A DNA stretch of 62,706 bases, filler included, from Nemertoderma westbladi (taxonomy: Eukaryota; Animalia; Xenacoelomorpha), in NCBI GenBank assembly GCA_032718475.1. It is 5 parts of 5 records of this genome, joined end to end, with 100 filler letters (N's around TTAATTAATTAA, not from the genome) between each part and the next. Parts side by side here need not be neighbours in the genome. Positions count along the whole stretch, not along the records: positions 60,689 to 62,706 come from JAUCBJ010000740.1; 4 more parts are not named here. One strand, written 5' to 3'. Below the pieces are notes generated by a model that saw nothing but the letters and a program-made list of their open reading frames with translations, had not been told where the DNA came from and ran no database searches. Made by a program: the position numbers and the translations under genes. Positions 61,031 through 62,706 of the stretch are shown here, piece by piece (the stretch's first letter is position 1; every line of letters starts with the position of its first letter).

Positions 61031-62010
61031 ACACTTGAGACACACTTGCACCATTCTTGTTCATTATTGTGGTTGACTATGTTCTACGCATGTACTTAGA
61101 TCATCATAATGATGATGGGGTGATGATAACTCCACCTACTGGCTCCAGAAGTCGAGGAAATCCTGCCAAGTACCTAACTGATCTAGACTTTGCTGATGAC
61201 TTAGGAGTACTCTCAGAATCATTAGAGGGAGCCCAACGGCTCCTCAGCTCATTAGAACATGCTGCTTCTAGTGTTGGTCTTTTTATTAACTCCAGAAAGA
61301 CCAAAATTCTGACAGTTAACTTTGAAAGTCCTCAGCAAGTCTCTGATCGGATGAGCATAAGCTCAAAGGATGGTATGCTTGAGCATGTGGACGACTTCTG
61401 TTACCTGGGATCATGGATCCGGAAGTCAGGTGAGGACCTTCGAATACGTAATGGAAAGGCATGGGCAGCCTTGAATAGGCTTGCCAGGATTTGGAAGTAA
61501 CCGAGAATTAATCGGAAACTTAAGGTCCGATTATTTCGAGCAGCAGTAGTTCCAGTACTCCTCTACGCGAGTCCATGCTGGGCTCTAACTGCTGAGGACA
61601 CCAAATCTCTGGATGGCACATTCACAAGAATGCTACGCCGGGTTCATTGTGTCAAGTACAATGCACACATCTCCAACCACACACTATATAACATTGGAGG
61701 TGTCTCATTGGTTCCCCCAAGCTTGACACTAGAACAAAATCGCCTCCGCTTTGCAGGACATTGCTTTCGCCGTGAGGACCAGCCAGTGCATAATCTTGTA
61801 CTTTGGCAGCCTCATGGAGTGAATAAGCATGGTGGACAGCCCATGACTTTCTTGAGACGCATCTTAAAGGACACTGGCCTTAAAGATGCGGATGATCTAG
61901 CAAATGTCATGGGTGATAGGGAGTTGTGGCGGTGCAATTTTGTTGACAAGCCGGCACAGCATTCTTAAAAATGCAGCTGCAATGCAGCATGCCGATCCTA
62001 GTAGTAGTAG
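61031..62010 (+). mobile_element. RTE-clade LINE copy 4, 5'-truncated, with one premature stop
   Basis: DTLAPFLFIIVVDYVLR...DFADD; TAA at 61498-61500; (TAG)4 tail; TSD TATATAGATTTC at 61019-61030 and 62011-62022. Confidence 0.93.
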
Positions 62011-62574
62011 TATATAGATTTCGATTATCAAAGTAACGGTATCAATTTCCCACTGAAGTAGTTAATAGATTTGTGTGGAAGTGGTGTGTGTAACTGGATG
62101 ATACGTCTAGGGGTTGTTCACGCATTAATTGCCACTCTAAACTCTGCTGGGAGGCATAACAAAATAACATTATTTATAACGCAATAATAATGCTATTATT
62201 TTATGAGTTATAGTTTAGTAGTTTTATTTAGTTATATATCCTCGGCGAGTTTCGCTAACTCCCGAGTCTCAAGGAATATCCACTATATTTTCTTCAAAAT
62301 ATCCAATTTATTGTCCGCAACTGTGCGGACAATAAAGACTTTAATGTCCACATTTGCGGACAATAAAGTACCTACAGTAGTTATCCAGATAATCTTCCAA
62401 AAATAAAATTAAAAATAATAGTTAATTTATTACATGAAAACAAAGTATAAATATATTCACTATTCTCGAGGGAATTAATTTACCGAGCGCCAGCGAGTTT
62501 AAAAAGGGTTGAAAGATATTGAAAAAAAATGTGCTACACGTTTCTTTCCCATGTAACGTCATTTTTTTTTCTTA

Positions 62575-62706
62575 AATTGGTACTTTTCGCTCCAATATAC
62601 CCCAAAATTGTTACTTTTTCGCTCCAATATACCCCAAAATTGTTACTTTTTCGCTCCAATATACCCCAAAATTGTTACTTTTTCGCTCCAATATACCCCA
62701 AAATTG
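62575..62706. repeat. 32-bp tandem repeat running off the window
   Basis: TTACTTTTTCGCTCCAATATACCCCAAAATTG x4. Confidence 0.92.

Overview
Animal (metazoan) genomic DNA, probably arthropod, inferred from an engrailed homeobox intron at the Drosophila-type ENR|YL position. It is AT-rich and transposon-dense. Four artificial 100-nt spacers (N44-TTAATTAATTAA-N44) split it into five blocks whose adjacency is unproven. Six conserved housekeeping or signalling genes have no intron in their CDS: RRP7 (split by a 4-bp duplication frameshift), a Vav that ends after its SH2 domain, Rae1, cornichon/CNIH4, CMC4 and Misato. Two genes are spliced and only partly visible in the ORF track: engrailed (two exons; no EH1/EH2 exon found) and a secreted four-Greek-key beta/gamma-crystallin-like gene reconstructed from at least four exons. 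The rest is mobile DNA: four young RTE-type LINE copies with (TAG)n tails (three with TSDs), other LINE and Copia relics, gag-like ORFs with LTR-like leaders, two inverted Mutator-like elements (9-bp TSDs, 68-bp arrays), two hAT MITEs (8-bp TSDs), foldback elements, satellites and five tRNA-like Pol III cassettes. Tracts built from short palindromic words (ACCGGT, GTAC, AGGCCT, CTGCAG) and micro-duplications cluster upstream of genes. All calls come from reading the sequence by eye; no database searches were run.
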